This document shows, one piece after another, positions 1 through 9,691 of a stretch of DNA of 64,000 nt. The DNA is taken from the NCBI GenBank assembly GCA_964637115.1, contig CAZWVL010000008.1, forward strand, positions 10,268-74,267. Reading direction: 5' to 3'. Within the stretch, counting starts at the first letter, position 1, and each line of letters opens with the position of its first letter. A model generated the notes under the pieces. That model searched no databases and was not told the origin of the DNA. It worked only from the letters and a program-made list of their open reading frames with translations. A program made the position numbers and the translations under genes. This DNA is from an uncultured Methanosarcinales archaeon. Lineage in GTDB: Archaea; Nanobdellota; Nanobdellia; Woesearchaeales; ARS49.

Positions 1-1
1 G

Positions 2-1261
2 GGACAAGGCGGACTTGAAGCTAGAATAGATCGCCTTCAAAAACAACTCTTTGGTGATCAAGTTAAAGGAATGCCATTGACCGGCAGGGAAGATATCACA
101 GAAGTAATGCTCGGAGGACACCCTGCATTCGGAGGCAAGCACCTGCGAATTGCATACGGACTCATCCGCAAGGCAATAGCTGATGGCCACACAATATTTA
201 CATCATTCGCAGGCCCTCTAACTGCCTCCGATTATCACAGAGTGTGGGCAATTCCTTTCATGAAAGCAGGATACATCAGCGCATTTGTGGCATCAGATGC
301 AATATCATATCACGATGCGCATGACGCAGTAGAAGGAAAACGCAAAGTCTATGACGTAAATATGTACGGCGATGATGCACTGCACTACGACGCAAAAATA
401 ATTAGAATAACAGATATTGGGTTCCCTGAAGAGGTGCTGTTCAATACAGACAGATTCTTTACATGGGTACTAAGAAAACCTGAATTCCAGCGAGCATTGA
501 CAACGACAGAATACAGATGGCACTTGGGAGAATACTTATACGCTCTTGAAGATGAAAGAAAGATTCCACACGGACTTCTTGCAACTGCATATGCGTATGA
601 CATACCGGGCTTTTGCGCCTCACCAGGAGACGGATCTGCAGCCCTCAACGGAGTGAAATTGAAAAAAATGCAACAATTGCTCGGCAACAAAATGAAACCA
701 AAATTCAAGATGGAAATCGATGTATTGACAGATGTCTATGAAGCCTGCTCGATGCATATGTGGTCGCAGAAAAAAGAAGGAAACAGACAGCTCGCATACA
801 CGGTGTTTGGAGGCGGCGCATCAAAGAACTACATGCTGCAACCAGAGCCTGCGATTGAACAAATACTGATGGTGAACACGGCGAAATACAACATAGGAGT
901 GCAATTCACCACAGCGCCCGTCACTGATGGGAGCTTGACTTCCTGCTGGCCATCAGAAGCAATCAGCTGGGGCAAACTGCAGAAAGAGGCCCAGACGGTA
1001 TCCGTTCCAGTCGATTACACAATGGTGATGAGCACAATTGCACACGCAATCCTGCACGAACGCGCAATCTACTTGGACACGCTGAACGGTCCATTATACA
1101 GAGGAGACAAAGAAAGATTCTTTGAAGATCATCCAGGAGCACGCGGATTCCTAAGAGAGCCAGCCAGGCTTTACAAAAAAAGAGAACAAGCAATAGCGTT
1201 CTTTGACGAGATGGTAAAGAGAAAACTTCCAAAACTCTTGAAAACAATGAATTTTCCATAA
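2..1261 (+). CDS. Deoxyhypusine synthase-like protein, probably 5'-truncated by the window edge
   Basis: DHS-type motifs (FAGPLTAS, GGGASKN, SCWPSEAISWGK with the catalytic Lys position). The frame is stop-free from base 2 to the ATG at 71, so the true start may lie upstream. Confidence 0.75.
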   Translation, partial: GQGGLEARIDRLQKQLFGDQVKGMPLTGREDITEVMLGGHPAFGGKHLRIAYGLIRKAIADGHTIFTSFAGPLTASDYHRVWAIPFMKAGYISAFVASDAISYHDAHDAVEGKRKVYDVNMYGDDALHYDAKIIRITDIGFPEEVLFNTDRFFTWVLRKPEFQRALTTTEYRWHLGEYLYALEDERKIPHGLLATAYAYDIPGFCASPGDGSAALNGVKLKKMQQLLGNKMKPKFKMEIDVLTDVYEACSMHMWSQKKEGNRQLAYTVFGGGASKNYMLQPEPAIEQILMVNTAKYNIGVQFTTAPVTDGSLTSCWPSEAISWGKLQKEAQTVSVPVDYTMVMSTIAHAILHERAIYLDTLNGPLYRGDKERFFEDHPGARGFLREPARLYKKREQAIAFFDEMVKRKLPKLLKTMNFP

Positions 1262-1300
1262 ATCTTTAAATAGAACAAGATAATTGCATTCTGGGGGCAT

Positions 1301-1954
1301 ATGGAACAAACAGCAAAAGAGGTTATACTAACGTACGAAACACTGTACGAATTTTTACGCAGAGAAAAATCACGCGAAGAACTGCAAAAATTAGATGAAC
1401 GCTTCCTGAAAGACACGTTGAACTATCTGCGCGAAAAACAGCAAGCATACGATGACAATTTAACGAAAAATGACATTTTTTCCCAGAGCGAACGCGATAA
1501 ACTGCACATCCAGATAACAAACATCAGGAAAATACTTCGAGACTTGTACGACATCCGCGAAAGAAAAATCATCAACATGGCAATTAATCGCAGCAGGACA
1601 AACACGCAAGTTGTTGACACGGCAAATCTTTTATCACAAGAACAGGCAATGTTTGAAAGCCTGCATTCAGTTTTGTCACAGTACAGAACAGGCATTTTAC
1701 ATCGGCTGCTTGAATTAAGGGAGCCGGATGTTTTGCCAATCGTTCTTCCACTGCCAATAGAAGAGCCACAAGAAGAAATTCCTACTCCTTTACCGCACGG
1801 CATAAAGAAAATAAAGTGCCTGGATTCAATAGAGCAGTTCTACGGCGAAGAATTAGAACAGTACGGGCCTTATGATGCAGAACAGGAAATAGAGCTGCCT
1901 GGAAAACTGGCAGACGTTCTTATTAACCAGGGGAAGGCAGTAGAACTACAGTAA
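1301..1954 (+). CDS. GINS complex subunit (Gins15/51-type)
   Basis: Helical N-terminal domain (LQKLDERF...KILRDLYDIRERKIINMA) and C-terminal beta B-domain (YGPYDAEQEIELPGKLADVLINQGKA). Confidence 0.8.
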   Translation: MEQTAKEVILTYETLYEFLRREKSREELQKLDERFLKDTLNYLREKQQAYDDNLTKNDIFSQSERDKLHIQITNIRKILRDLYDIRERKIINMAINRSRTNTQVVDTANLLSQEQAMFESLHSVLSQYRTGILHRLLELREPDVLPIVLPLPIEEPQEEIPTPLPHGIKKIKCLDSIEQFYGEELEQYGPYDAEQEIELPGKLADVLINQGKAVELQ

Positions 1955-1988
1955 GCTTTTTAAACCCCCTCTATCCCCAACGAATACT

Positions 1989-2306
1989 ATGAAGCTTCCA
2001 AAGACGAGAAATACGTATTGCCCGACGTGCAAAAAGCACACGGAACACAAGATAATTGAAGGCAAGAAAAAAACCAGAGGAAGCGCTCACCCATTGAGCT
2101 TTGGTAGCAGGAAAAGAATCAAATCAAGAGGCCACCTGGGTGTTGGAAACCACGGCAAATATTCAAAGCCAGCCATTACAAAATGGAGAATGGCAGGCAG
2201 AAAGACCAGCAAGAAAGTTGATTTAAGATTTGAATGCTCAGTGTGCAAGAAAATGCACGGAATGTCAAAAGGAGGCTTCCGAACAAGGAAGGTAGAATTC
2301 AAATGA
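1989..2306 (+). CDS. rpl44e: 50S ribosomal protein L44e
   Basis: MKLPKTRNTYCPTCKKHTEHK...KKVDLRFECSVCKK zinc-ribbon signature. Confidence 0.95.
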   Translation: MKLPKTRNTYCPTCKKHTEHKIIEGKKKTRGSAHPLSFGSRKRIKSRGHLGVGNHGKYSKPAITKWRMAGRKTSKKVDLRFECSVCKKMHGMSKGGFRTRKVEFK

Positions 2307-2491
2307 GAAACAGAATGCGCGAATCAGACAGCAAGTTTGTCAAGATCAGATGCCCTAAGTGCAAGAACGAACAAATCACTTACGGCAAAGCAAGCACACT
2401 CGTACTCTGCCTTGTCTGCGGCAAGGAACTCGTGGAGCCAACCGGCGGCAGAAGCAGGATAAAGGCAAGAGTGTTGGAAGTTCTGGAATAA
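2303..2491 (+). CDS. rps27e: 30S ribosomal protein S27e
   Basis: SKFVKIRCPKCKNEQITYGKAST...CLVCG...PTGGR. The ATG at 2303 overlaps the rpl44e stop (ATGA). Confidence 0.95.
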   Translation: MRNRMRESDSKFVKIRCPKCKNEQITYGKASTLVLCLVCGKELVEPTGGRSRIKARVLEVLE

Positions 2492-2496
2492 AATTT

Positions 2497-2808
2497 ATGG
2501 CGCCACAAACTAAAGGCCCTCTCTTTCAATTCGTAGGCAAATTGGATAACGGCGTTGAACTCCTTATTGACCTACCAGGAGACAGAGAGGCGCTCGAACA
2601 ACCGCGCATTCCGCAATCTGCATTAGACCACGTGAAGGCTGTTCCAAGAAAACTCAAAAACATAACATCACTAGATGGACTGGCCGCGGCAGTCAGGCGC
2701 GTTGAAATGACCGGAATTAATCACGTTGAAAAAGTCAATGTAATCTATTACCAAAACGGACAGGAAATAACGCGAGCATACGCCGTTGACCAGTTTTACA
2801 AATTATAG
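2497..2808 (+). CDS. Hypothetical protein (103 aa)
   Basis: ATG 5 nt after the rps27e stop; clean ORF; no recognisable motif. Confidence 0.55.
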   Translation: MAPQTKGPLFQFVGKLDNGVELLIDLPGDREALEQPRIPQSALDHVKAVPRKLKNITSLDGLAAAVRRVEMTGINHVEKVNVIYYQNGQEITRAYAVDQFYKL

Positions 2809-2863
2809 CAATATTCTTAAGTCGCGAAATCCTTATAAAGTTTGATTCTATAATTAGTACAGG

Positions 2864-3232
2864 GTGGTTGATATGGACTCAGATCTTGACATAATTGTTG
2901 TAAAAAGCGAAATAAAAAATGACGGAACACACATAAAATTAGAGCCCATACCTACCAGGATGTCTGGCAGTGCAATCACTTCATTCTATTTACCGTTAGA
3001 CCTGCGCCTCAAACCAGGAGACACAATAGCCCTATTTGGCGACCACGTTTATAGCCGAGCAGGCCCAAGCCCCGACAGCTATGAACACGGCATCGTCTAT
3101 CGTGGACACGGAACACGCCGTGATGAAGTTTTGCGCTTCACTAAGGAGGATATGGAGTTATTAGAAACTGTGAAAAATCGTGAAAAGGCCGCTTACGAAG
3201 CCGGCAAACAAGGACAACGGCGCACGGGTTAA
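2864..3232 (+). CDS. Hypothetical protein (122 aa)
   Basis: ORF preceded by BRE/TATA-like CGAAATCCTTATAAA near 2825-2840. Confidence 0.6.
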   Translation: MVDMDSDLDIIVVKSEIKNDGTHIKLEPIPTRMSGSAITSFYLPLDLRLKPGDTIALFGDHVYSRAGPSPDSYEHGIVYRGHGTRRDEVLRFTKEDMELLETVKNREKAAYEAGKQGQRRTG

Positions 3233-3327
3233 TAATTACCTAAAGCACGCTGAGGCGAAGCTTCAGCTGGGCTTTGAAACGCAAGCGTTTCAAAACCTTT
3301 TTAAACACTCTTAGTTCTCGACGTAGA

Positions 3328-4101
3328 ATGCTCTTAAAGAAGACAGGATTCCCGCAGGACGAAGAATTAGTTCTTTGCACAGTAACAGGTGTTAATCCGC
3401 ACTCGGTATTCTGCACTTTAGATGAGTATGGCGGCAGAACTGGAATGATACACATTTCTGAAGTCGCGCCCGGAAGAATCAGGAATATCCGCGAGTTTGT
3501 CCAAGAAGGCAAGAAAGTAGTCTGCAAAGTTCTTCAAGTTAACAAAGAAAAAGGACATATCGACTTAAGCTTGAGAAGGGTAAACGAAGGACAGAAGAGG
3601 ACTAAATTAAATCAGATAAAACAAGAACAGCTGGCAGAAAAAATCATTGAATATGCCGCCAAGCAGCTTGGAGAAAGCACGCTGACATTATATAACAAAC
3701 TTGCCGAGAAGCTTGCGCCTCAATTCGGCTCAATATTTGCAGCGTTTGAACAAGCATCACAAGACCAGGTGAATCTGGAAACCGTTGTTGACAAGAAAAT
3801 TGCTAAATTACTCACTGATGCAATCAAACAAAGAATAAAACCGCCAGAAGTCACAATAGGCGGAGACTTGAAATTAACAAGTTATTCACCAAACGGACTT
3901 CAAGAAGTCAAGGACGCATTGGCACTTGCCGTAAAAGCAGGCGTCAAAGTACGCTATTTAGGAGCAGGAACGTACCATTTCCAAGTCATTGCAGAAGACT
4001 ACAAAGAAGCAGAACGAACGCTGAAAGCAGGCGTGGATCCTGTGATGGACTATGCAAAAAAGAACGACATAACAGCAGAATGGACGAGAAAAGAAGACTG
4101 A
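3328..4101 (+). CDS. eif2a: Translation initiation factor 2 alpha subunit
   Basis: FPQDEELVLCTV, S1 domain GMIHISEVAPGRIRNIR, HIDLSLRRV. ATG at 3328 follows a TTTTTAAA TATA box. Confidence 0.95.
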   Translation: MLLKKTGFPQDEELVLCTVTGVNPHSVFCTLDEYGGRTGMIHISEVAPGRIRNIREFVQEGKKVVCKVLQVNKEKGHIDLSLRRVNEGQKRTKLNQIKQEQLAEKIIEYAAKQLGESTLTLYNKLAEKLAPQFGSIFAAFEQASQDQVNLETVVDKKIAKLLTDAIKQRIKPPEVTIGGDLKLTSYSPNGLQEVKDALALAVKAGVKVRYLGAGTYHFQVIAEDYKEAERTLKAGVDPVMDYAKKNDITAEWTRKED

Positions 4102-4105
4102 AATC

Positions 4106-4276
4106 ATGGAACACATTCTCAAATGCCAGCAGTGCGGCAAGTACACTATCAAAGAAGCGTGCACTTGCGGAGGGCAGGCAATAACGACAAAGCCTCCAAG
4201 ATATTCTCCGGACAAGTACGGCAAGTACAGAAGAGAAGCAAGAAAAGAAGAACTTGTGAAGAAAGGGCTGCTGTAA
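4106..4276 (+). CDS. nop10: RNA-binding protein Nop10
   Basis: Not in the ORF track. Translates to MEHILKCQQCGKYTIKEACTCGGQAITTKPPRYSPDKYGKYRREARKEELVKKGLL, in the canonical position after aIF2-alpha. Confidence 0.92.
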   Translation: MEHILKCQQCGKYTIKEACTCGGQAITTKPPRYSPDKYGKYRREARKEELVKKGLL

Positions 4277-4323
4277 AGCTTTAAATACACTGGAGACACA
4301 TTCTAACTTAAAAAAAGAGGACA

Positions 4324-5592
4324 ATGGCTAAAATACTCGCAGTAAAAGCACGCAGCATTCTAGACAGCAGAGGAAACCCCACAGTAGAATGCGAAATAAA
4401 GACTTCTGACGGCATATTCAGAGCAAGCGTGCCAGCAGGAGCAAGCACTGGAACGCATGAAGCGCACGAACTTCGCGATGGCGGAGAGGCGTATCTTGGG
4501 CTGGGTGTTCAAAAGGCAGTTAACAACATTAACATAATTCTTGCGAAGAAACTGAAAGGAAGAACAATCAATCAGCAGGAAATAGACGAGCTAATGATAA
4601 AATTAGATGGAACTCCAAATAAAAGCAAACTAGGAGCAAATGCAATACTTGCAGTAAGCATGGCAATTGCAAGGGCCGGAGCTGCAGCAAAAAGAATGCC
4701 ATTGTATGAATACATCGGCAGTTTATTCGGAACAAAGAAATTCATAATGCCAGTGCCTGCATTTAATATCATCAACGGAGGCAAGCACGCAGGAAACAAA
4801 TTGGACTTTCAGGAATATATGATTCTACCAGTTGGAGCCAAGAGTTTTGCAGAAGCATTGCGCATGGGGAGTGAAATATATCACACATTAAAGAAAAATT
4901 TAGAGAACCATTTTGGCAAGAGCGCCATAAATGTCGGAGATGAAGGAGGATTTGCACCGCCATTAGAATGTATTGAAGAGCCATTTGACTATATTACTGA
5001 TGCAATCATCAAATTAGGTTATTGGAAGAAAGTAAAATTGGGAATCGACTGTGCAGCAACAACATTCTGGAAACACGGAAGATATTATCTGGAAGGAAAA
5101 GATGTCACATCAGAACAACTTGTAAAAAAATACCAAGACCTTGTCGACGGATATCCATTAGTCAGCATAGAAGACCCATTCTACGAAGAAGACTTCAGCA
5201 ATTTCGCAAACTTAAGAAGAAAAGTAAGTGCACAAATCGTTGGAGATGATTTGCTGTGCACAAATCCTGAAAGAGTCAAGAAAGCAATTGCGAGAAACAG
5301 CTGCAATTGTTTGCTGTTAAAGATAAATCAAATAGGAACGATAACAGAAGCGCTTAGAGCAGCGCAAATGGCAAAAAAAGCAGGATGGAATGTAATGGTA
5401 TCGCACAGAAGCGGAGAAACAACAGACTGTTTTATTGCAGATTTAGCTGTCGGCATTGCAGCAGGCCAGATAAAAGCAGGAGCGCCCTGCAGAGGGGAAA
5501 GATTAGCGAAATATAATCAACTTTTAAGAATTGAAGAAGAGACAAAAGCGCCGTATGCAGGAAAGACGCTAAAATTCAATGATACTTCCTGA
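4324..5592 (+). CDS. eno: Enolase
   Basis: ILDSRGNPTVE, GDEGGF, IVGDDL, LLKINQIGT, SHRSGET, QIKAGAP. Confidence 0.97.
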   Translation: MAKILAVKARSILDSRGNPTVECEIKTSDGIFRASVPAGASTGTHEAHELRDGGEAYLGLGVQKAVNNINIILAKKLKGRTINQQEIDELMIKLDGTPNKSKLGANAILAVSMAIARAGAAAKRMPLYEYIGSLFGTKKFIMPVPAFNIINGGKHAGNKLDFQEYMILPVGAKSFAEALRMGSEIYHTLKKNLENHFGKSAINVGDEGGFAPPLECIEEPFDYITDAIIKLGYWKKVKLGIDCAATTFWKHGRYYLEGKDVTSEQLVKKYQDLVDGYPLVSIEDPFYEEDFSNFANLRRKVSAQIVGDDLLCTNPERVKKAIARNSCNCLLLKINQIGTITEALRAAQMAKKAGWNVMVSHRSGETTDCFIADLAVGIAAGQIKAGAPCRGERLAKYNQLLRIEEETKAPYAGKTLKFNDTS

Positions 5593-6259
5593 ACGGATTT
5601 TTCTTATCTGATGCCAATTTAACATGCGACGGCAGCAGGACGCTCTTCCACGACTTCCTTGACGGTCTCGGGGCTTTTCCAGACGGAACATCTATCACGT
5701 ATTCAAAATAAGTATCGTACGGCATCTCCCACTTCAGCATTTTGCCAATAGAAACTTTTTCGAAATATCGACGGAAAGGACGCATAGAATTGCCGTGCGC
5801 AGAGATTGCAACATTAACCTTGTATTTCTTTATGAAGGCAAGCAGGTCTTTGACAAATGAAAGAACGCGCTTCTCAACCATCCTGACACTTTCGCCCTTA
5901 GGTGGAGGAAAGTTGTAGGAACGATGATACTTGTCAAACAATGTTTTTCCGTATTCTTGTATGAACGCAGCATGAGAACGGCCCTGCAATTGTCCATAAC
6001 AACGCTCAATCATTCTATCATCCTTCAATTTCAAGAAGCATTCAGGATGATATTTCAAAACTTCTTTCAAAGTATGAATTGAACGCTTCAAATGAGTCTC
6101 AAAAGCAACATCAATGCGCTTGTTCTTCAGCTTTTTAGCCGTTACGCGAGCATTCCTCATGCCTTTCGATGTCCAATCAGCATCAAGCCAGCCGGTAAAG
6201 CGCTTTCTTTTGTTAAAATGAGTCTGGCCGTGACGGAAGAGATAAATATAGCGTTTCAT
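5576..6259 (-). CDS. gpmA: 2,3-BPG-dependent phosphoglycerate mutase (histidine phosphatase family)
   Basis: LFRHGQT, FTGWLD, ERCYGQLQG, SAHGNSMR. Confidence 0.88.
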   Translation of the reverse strand: MKRYIYLFRHGQTHFNKRKRFTGWLDADWTSKGMRNARVTAKKLKNKRIDVAFETHLKRSIHTLKEVLKYHPECFLKLKDDRMIERCYGQLQGRSHAAFIQEYGKTLFDKYHRSYNFPPPKGESVRMVEKRVLSFVKDLLAFIKKYKVNVAISAHGNSMRPFRRYFEKVSIGKMLKWEMPYDTYFEYVIDVPSGKAPRPSRKSWKSVLLPSHVKLASDKKNPFRKYH

Positions 6260-8052
6260 CTTGTCAATGCCAGATTATGCGCCTCTATATACCTTTCTAT
6301 GAAAATTTTCCAGTCAGCAGTAGCTGCAATTTTCTGCGCCATGATTTTGTTCTCAATGCGTTCTTTTGTCGTAAAGTGAGCAAAACGAGACATCATTTCT
6401 GTCAATGCATTAACGATCTCCTCTGTCGACTTCTTTAAACGAGGCAGGACAAAAATTCCAGGATACTTGCCCTGAGTGCACTCCTTGCAAATATACTGGC
6501 CAAAGCCAGACAAATCAGTTGTCAGACTGCTGACGCCCAGAGCGGCTGCTTCCAAAGGCGTATAGCCCCAAGGCTCATAATAACTCGGAAAAACTCCAAG
6601 GTGCGAGCCCTGCATGCTTTCATAATAACTAGTGTCAAGCAACCCATCAGCGCCTGACAAATAGATCGGGTAAAAGACAATTTTGACAACATCATCAGGC
6701 GAATTATCAAGACCAACTGCCTTTAACGCATTCATGATAAGGTCTTTATCCTCATCATACAAGAAATGCGTGCTTAAAGGAGGAAGACCGCTTCTTGACA
6801 ATCTTTTCAGCTTTGGCTTCAATTCCTGCAAAAACTCATCACCAAGCAACGATTTATTCGAAATCTCCTTGCCGGAAATGAGCAGCTGCAAAAGTTTGCT
6901 ATGAATATCCTCGTGCACTGCATCAACACTGTTTCTGACATCATTAAAGAACGTCTTGCTCTCCAAAAGCTCAGGACGAATTGCCTTGACATTGCCAGGA
7001 ATCCAGAAAAACGCAACAACAGTCTTCTCGCATTTCTCTGCTTTCAGCAAGTCATTTAATTTGCCCAACGCCTTGATGAAAACATCAACACCTTTGTCGT
7101 GAAATTCATACCTGCCTGCAATGAAATAAATCAACGTGTTATCAATATCAAAATTAGAGTATGGGAAATAATAATACATCAAGAACTGCTTTATACGATT
7201 CTTGAACAATTTGTGCTTCAATGATGCTTCCTCGAATGAAGGGAATTTGGACATGTCAAGACCATTTAAGGTGAGAACATCCGGCTTTCTGCCCAAGAAA
7301 TGAGCTGCCTCAATGCCGGTAATCTCACTAACAGTTGTAAAAACAGAAGCATTCTGCGCACTCTGCTTCTCCAACAAATGCTTTGCCCAGACAGAAGGGC
7401 CAAGCTTTTGAGCTTCACCATCAGAATCAATCTTTTCCAGATCATCATAGATGTCGCGCTCCTGCATTGCCAATGAACGGCCCAAAGTAGTTGCGTGAGT
7501 GGTAAATACAGTGCCGATTTTGATATTCTGGTGCTTCAAATAGAGCAATCCAGCACCAGCCAACCATTCGTGGAACTGGGCGACTATCTTTTTGTCATTG
7601 AATACCTTGCTGAGCTCTTCCAGCAGCCTGCCAACAGCGTAAGACCAAACAACAGGCTCATCAAAATCAAACCATTCTGTCTTTAAACTATCAATCTTGA
7701 ACCAATCCCACAATTTGCGCTTAATATCATCCTTCTGGACGGAGAAATTGGTAAAATCGACAAGAAGAACATTAGGATTACCTTTAGTAATCCACGTTCC
7801 ACAATGAACTTCAATACCTTCCTGCCTGAGCTTTTCAAAAGCGCCCCTGCAATGCTCTGGCGCCAAATGCTCTTCAAAAACACCCCAAGACTTCTTTGGA
7901 AAATAAGGGCCGATAAGAAAGTAATTATCGCCATAATGCTCCTTAATAGGCAGAATCTTGCTCTGGATGACAGTAAAAATGCCGCCAACCTTATTACACA
8001 CTTCCCACGACACTTCGAAAATAATATCTGCTTTAGCATCCATAGTCAACAC
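6256..8052 (-). CDS. Glycogen synthase, GT3 (eukaryote-like) family
   Basis: FEVSWEVCNKVGGI, FHEW, FTTHAT, AGRYEFHDKG, FPSYYEPWGYTPLE. Confidence 0.9.
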   Translation of the reverse strand: MLTMDAKADIIFEVSWEVCNKVGGIFTVIQSKILPIKEHYGDNYFLIGPYFPKKSWGVFEEHLAPEHCRGAFEKLRQEGIEVHCGTWITKGNPNVLLVDFTNFSVQKDDIKRKLWDWFKIDSLKTEWFDFDEPVVWSYAVGRLLEELSKVFNDKKIVAQFHEWLAGAGLLYLKHQNIKIGTVFTTHATTLGRSLAMQERDIYDDLEKIDSDGEAQKLGPSVWAKHLLEKQSAQNASVFTTVSEITGIEAAHFLGRKPDVLTLNGLDMSKFPSFEEASLKHKLFKNRIKQFLMYYYFPYSNFDIDNTLIYFIAGRYEFHDKGVDVFIKALGKLNDLLKAEKCEKTVVAFFWIPGNVKAIRPELLESKTFFNDVRNSVDAVHEDIHSKLLQLLISGKEISNKSLLGDEFLQELKPKLKRLSRSGLPPLSTHFLYDEDKDLIMNALKAVGLDNSPDDVVKIVFYPIYLSGADGLLDTSYYESMQGSHLGVFPSYYEPWGYTPLEAAALGVSSLTTDLSGFGQYICKECTQGKYPGIFVLPRLKKSTEEIVNALTEMMSRFAHFTTKERIENKIMAQKIAATADWKIFIERYIEAHNLALTR

Positions 8053-8097
8053 TTCCTTCTACGCCTTGAAAAAGCTTTCACACTACTCAGAAGTAAT

Positions 8098-8184
8098 CTA
8101 AATGTGCGCAATCATCAAAAGAACAGAGAAACCAAGAGTAAGAGTGATGACGACGTAAATTGTGTATAATTCGTAAGCTTCCAT
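8098..8184 (-). CDS. Putative 28-aa single-TM small protein
   Basis: MEAYELYTIYVVITLTLGFSVLLMIAHI-stop, hydrophobic, with a TTTAAAT box just upstream. Below the ORF-track cutoff. Confidence 0.35.
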   Translation of the reverse strand: MEAYELYTIYVVITLTLGFSVLLMIAHI

Positions 8185-8281
8185 GGTCAAGAAAAATTTA
8201 AATGTCGCTGACCTTCGGTCCACCGAACACTTTTTTCTCGTTGCACTCAAAAAAAGAAAAATAAAAAATAAAAATTGCTTC

Positions 8282-8953
8282 TTAGACAGTTCCGCCCAGG
8301 GCTGGTGATGGGCAGCACATTGCTACTCCACTACCGTCAAAGGCTTCAAGGATGTCGTTCAAAGCGTAGTCTGGCACTACATACAAGCTCTGCAAGATTT
8401 GCGGAATTGTTCTGCAATTGCTTGACCATGCGCCGCCATACGTTGAAGCAGCTCTGTTATAGCTTGTTGGCTGCGTGTATGTGTCGTCACTTGGGTCTTC
8501 GTTTGCTCTTACAATTCCCTCACAGCTCACTTGGATGCTTGGGATCTGTGCTCGGTTTCTGTTGTATGAAATCTTCTGGCCAACTGTCTTGACAGTTCCA
8601 CAGACACCGTTGAAGCATTCGCCAGTCACTACATCTGCGACCTTCTGAAGGCCTTCTCCGCCTGGAGTTTGTCCATAGCTTGAGAATGTTCCGGTCTGAT
8701 CATACGAACTTGCACTTGAGTAAGGATCTGCTTCACCTGATGGGAATTCCTTAGCTCTGCCCGAGAACGATCTTGAGATCGGGTCAAACACACCTCTGAT
8801 TGCACCACCATATTCTTTGGCGGCTGGCACTGCGAATTCTCCAACTGCTGCCTTGCGCGCACCTGTGAATAGGAGCACCAAGCCAACGATGGCTATAATC
8901 GCTACAATGCCGAGAATAACCAATGCGATTCCTTTTCCACTTTCTTCTGCCAC
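8282..8953 (-). CDS. Pilin-like exported Cys-containing protein
   Basis: GTG start with GAGGTGA SD; N-terminus KG|IALVILGIVAIIAIVGLVLLFT resembles a class III signal peptide. Confidence 0.65.
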   Translation of the reverse strand: MAEESGKGIALVILGIVAIIAIVGLVLLFTGARKAAVGEFAVPAAKEYGGAIRGVFDPISRSFSGRAKEFPSGEADPYSSASSYDQTGTFSSYGQTPGGEGLQKVADVVTGECFNGVCGTVKTVGQKISYNRNRAQIPSIQVSCEGIVRANEDPSDDTYTQPTSYNRAASTYGGAWSSNCRTIPQILQSLYVVPDYALNDILEAFDGSGVAMCCPSPALGGTV

Positions 8954-9075
8954 AACTGATCACCTCGTTTAGTTGTACTTAAGCGTTTTTTGTGTGTTGT
9001 TACACACGCGCTCTTTATATATTTTTCGTTTTGTCAGAACGTACAATCGTTCTGTTTTATTTAAACTAAAAAAAA

Positions 9076-9579
9076 TTAACTGTAACTTCCGCCGTATGTG
9101 CCTCCATAATATCCCTGAGTTCGTCCGGCAATGCCTCCGACCATTGGCTCACCAGGGCAGACACATACGCCTGCCTTTGGACCGAGCGTGTTAATGACAT
9201 TGTATCCAATTGATGCATAATAACCTGCTTCTGTTGGGTTGATTGAAGACAGGAAGCAGCCCTGGCCGCACTTGATCATTGGCGATGGAACATCACCAAT
9301 CGGGTTTCTCTTAGGGTCGCCCTGCCAGTTCCATTGAGTGTGCATGACATTACTTTGCGTTGCACCTGGATTGTACGTTGAACTTGCATCAGATATTCCG
9401 CCACGCGGAACACCTCTGCCAGTCCAGTAAGGATATTCAATTCCTTTAATTGCACCGCCGTAAATACCCTGACCGGTTGCTGATTTGTTTTGCGTGAAAA
9501 GCAAGACCAAACCGACAATGGCAAGAATCGCTACGATGCCAAGAATCACCAATGCTATTCCTTTATGTTCGTCAGCCAT
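9076..9579 (-). CDS. Pilin-like exported Cys-containing protein, paralog of 8282-8953
   Basis: GAGGTGA SD; KG|IALVILGIVAILAIVGLVLLFT; shares YGGAIxG with its neighbour. Confidence 0.65.
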   Translation of the reverse strand: MADEHKGIALVILGIVAILAIVGLVLLFTQNKSATGQGIYGGAIKGIEYPYWTGRGVPRGGISDASSTYNPGATQSNVMHTQWNWQGDPKRNPIGDVPSPMIKCGQGCFLSSINPTEAGYYASIGYNVINTLGPKAGVCVCPGEPMVGGIAGRTQGYYGGTYGGSYS

Positions 9580-9691
9580 TTGATCACCTCAAATTTTTAC
9601 TTGGAGACAAACCGAGCTTGCTCGGCGTACCTCTTTTGATGAAAGTCATGTCAATTTTACACTACTATAGGTTTATGTATACTGGATATAT

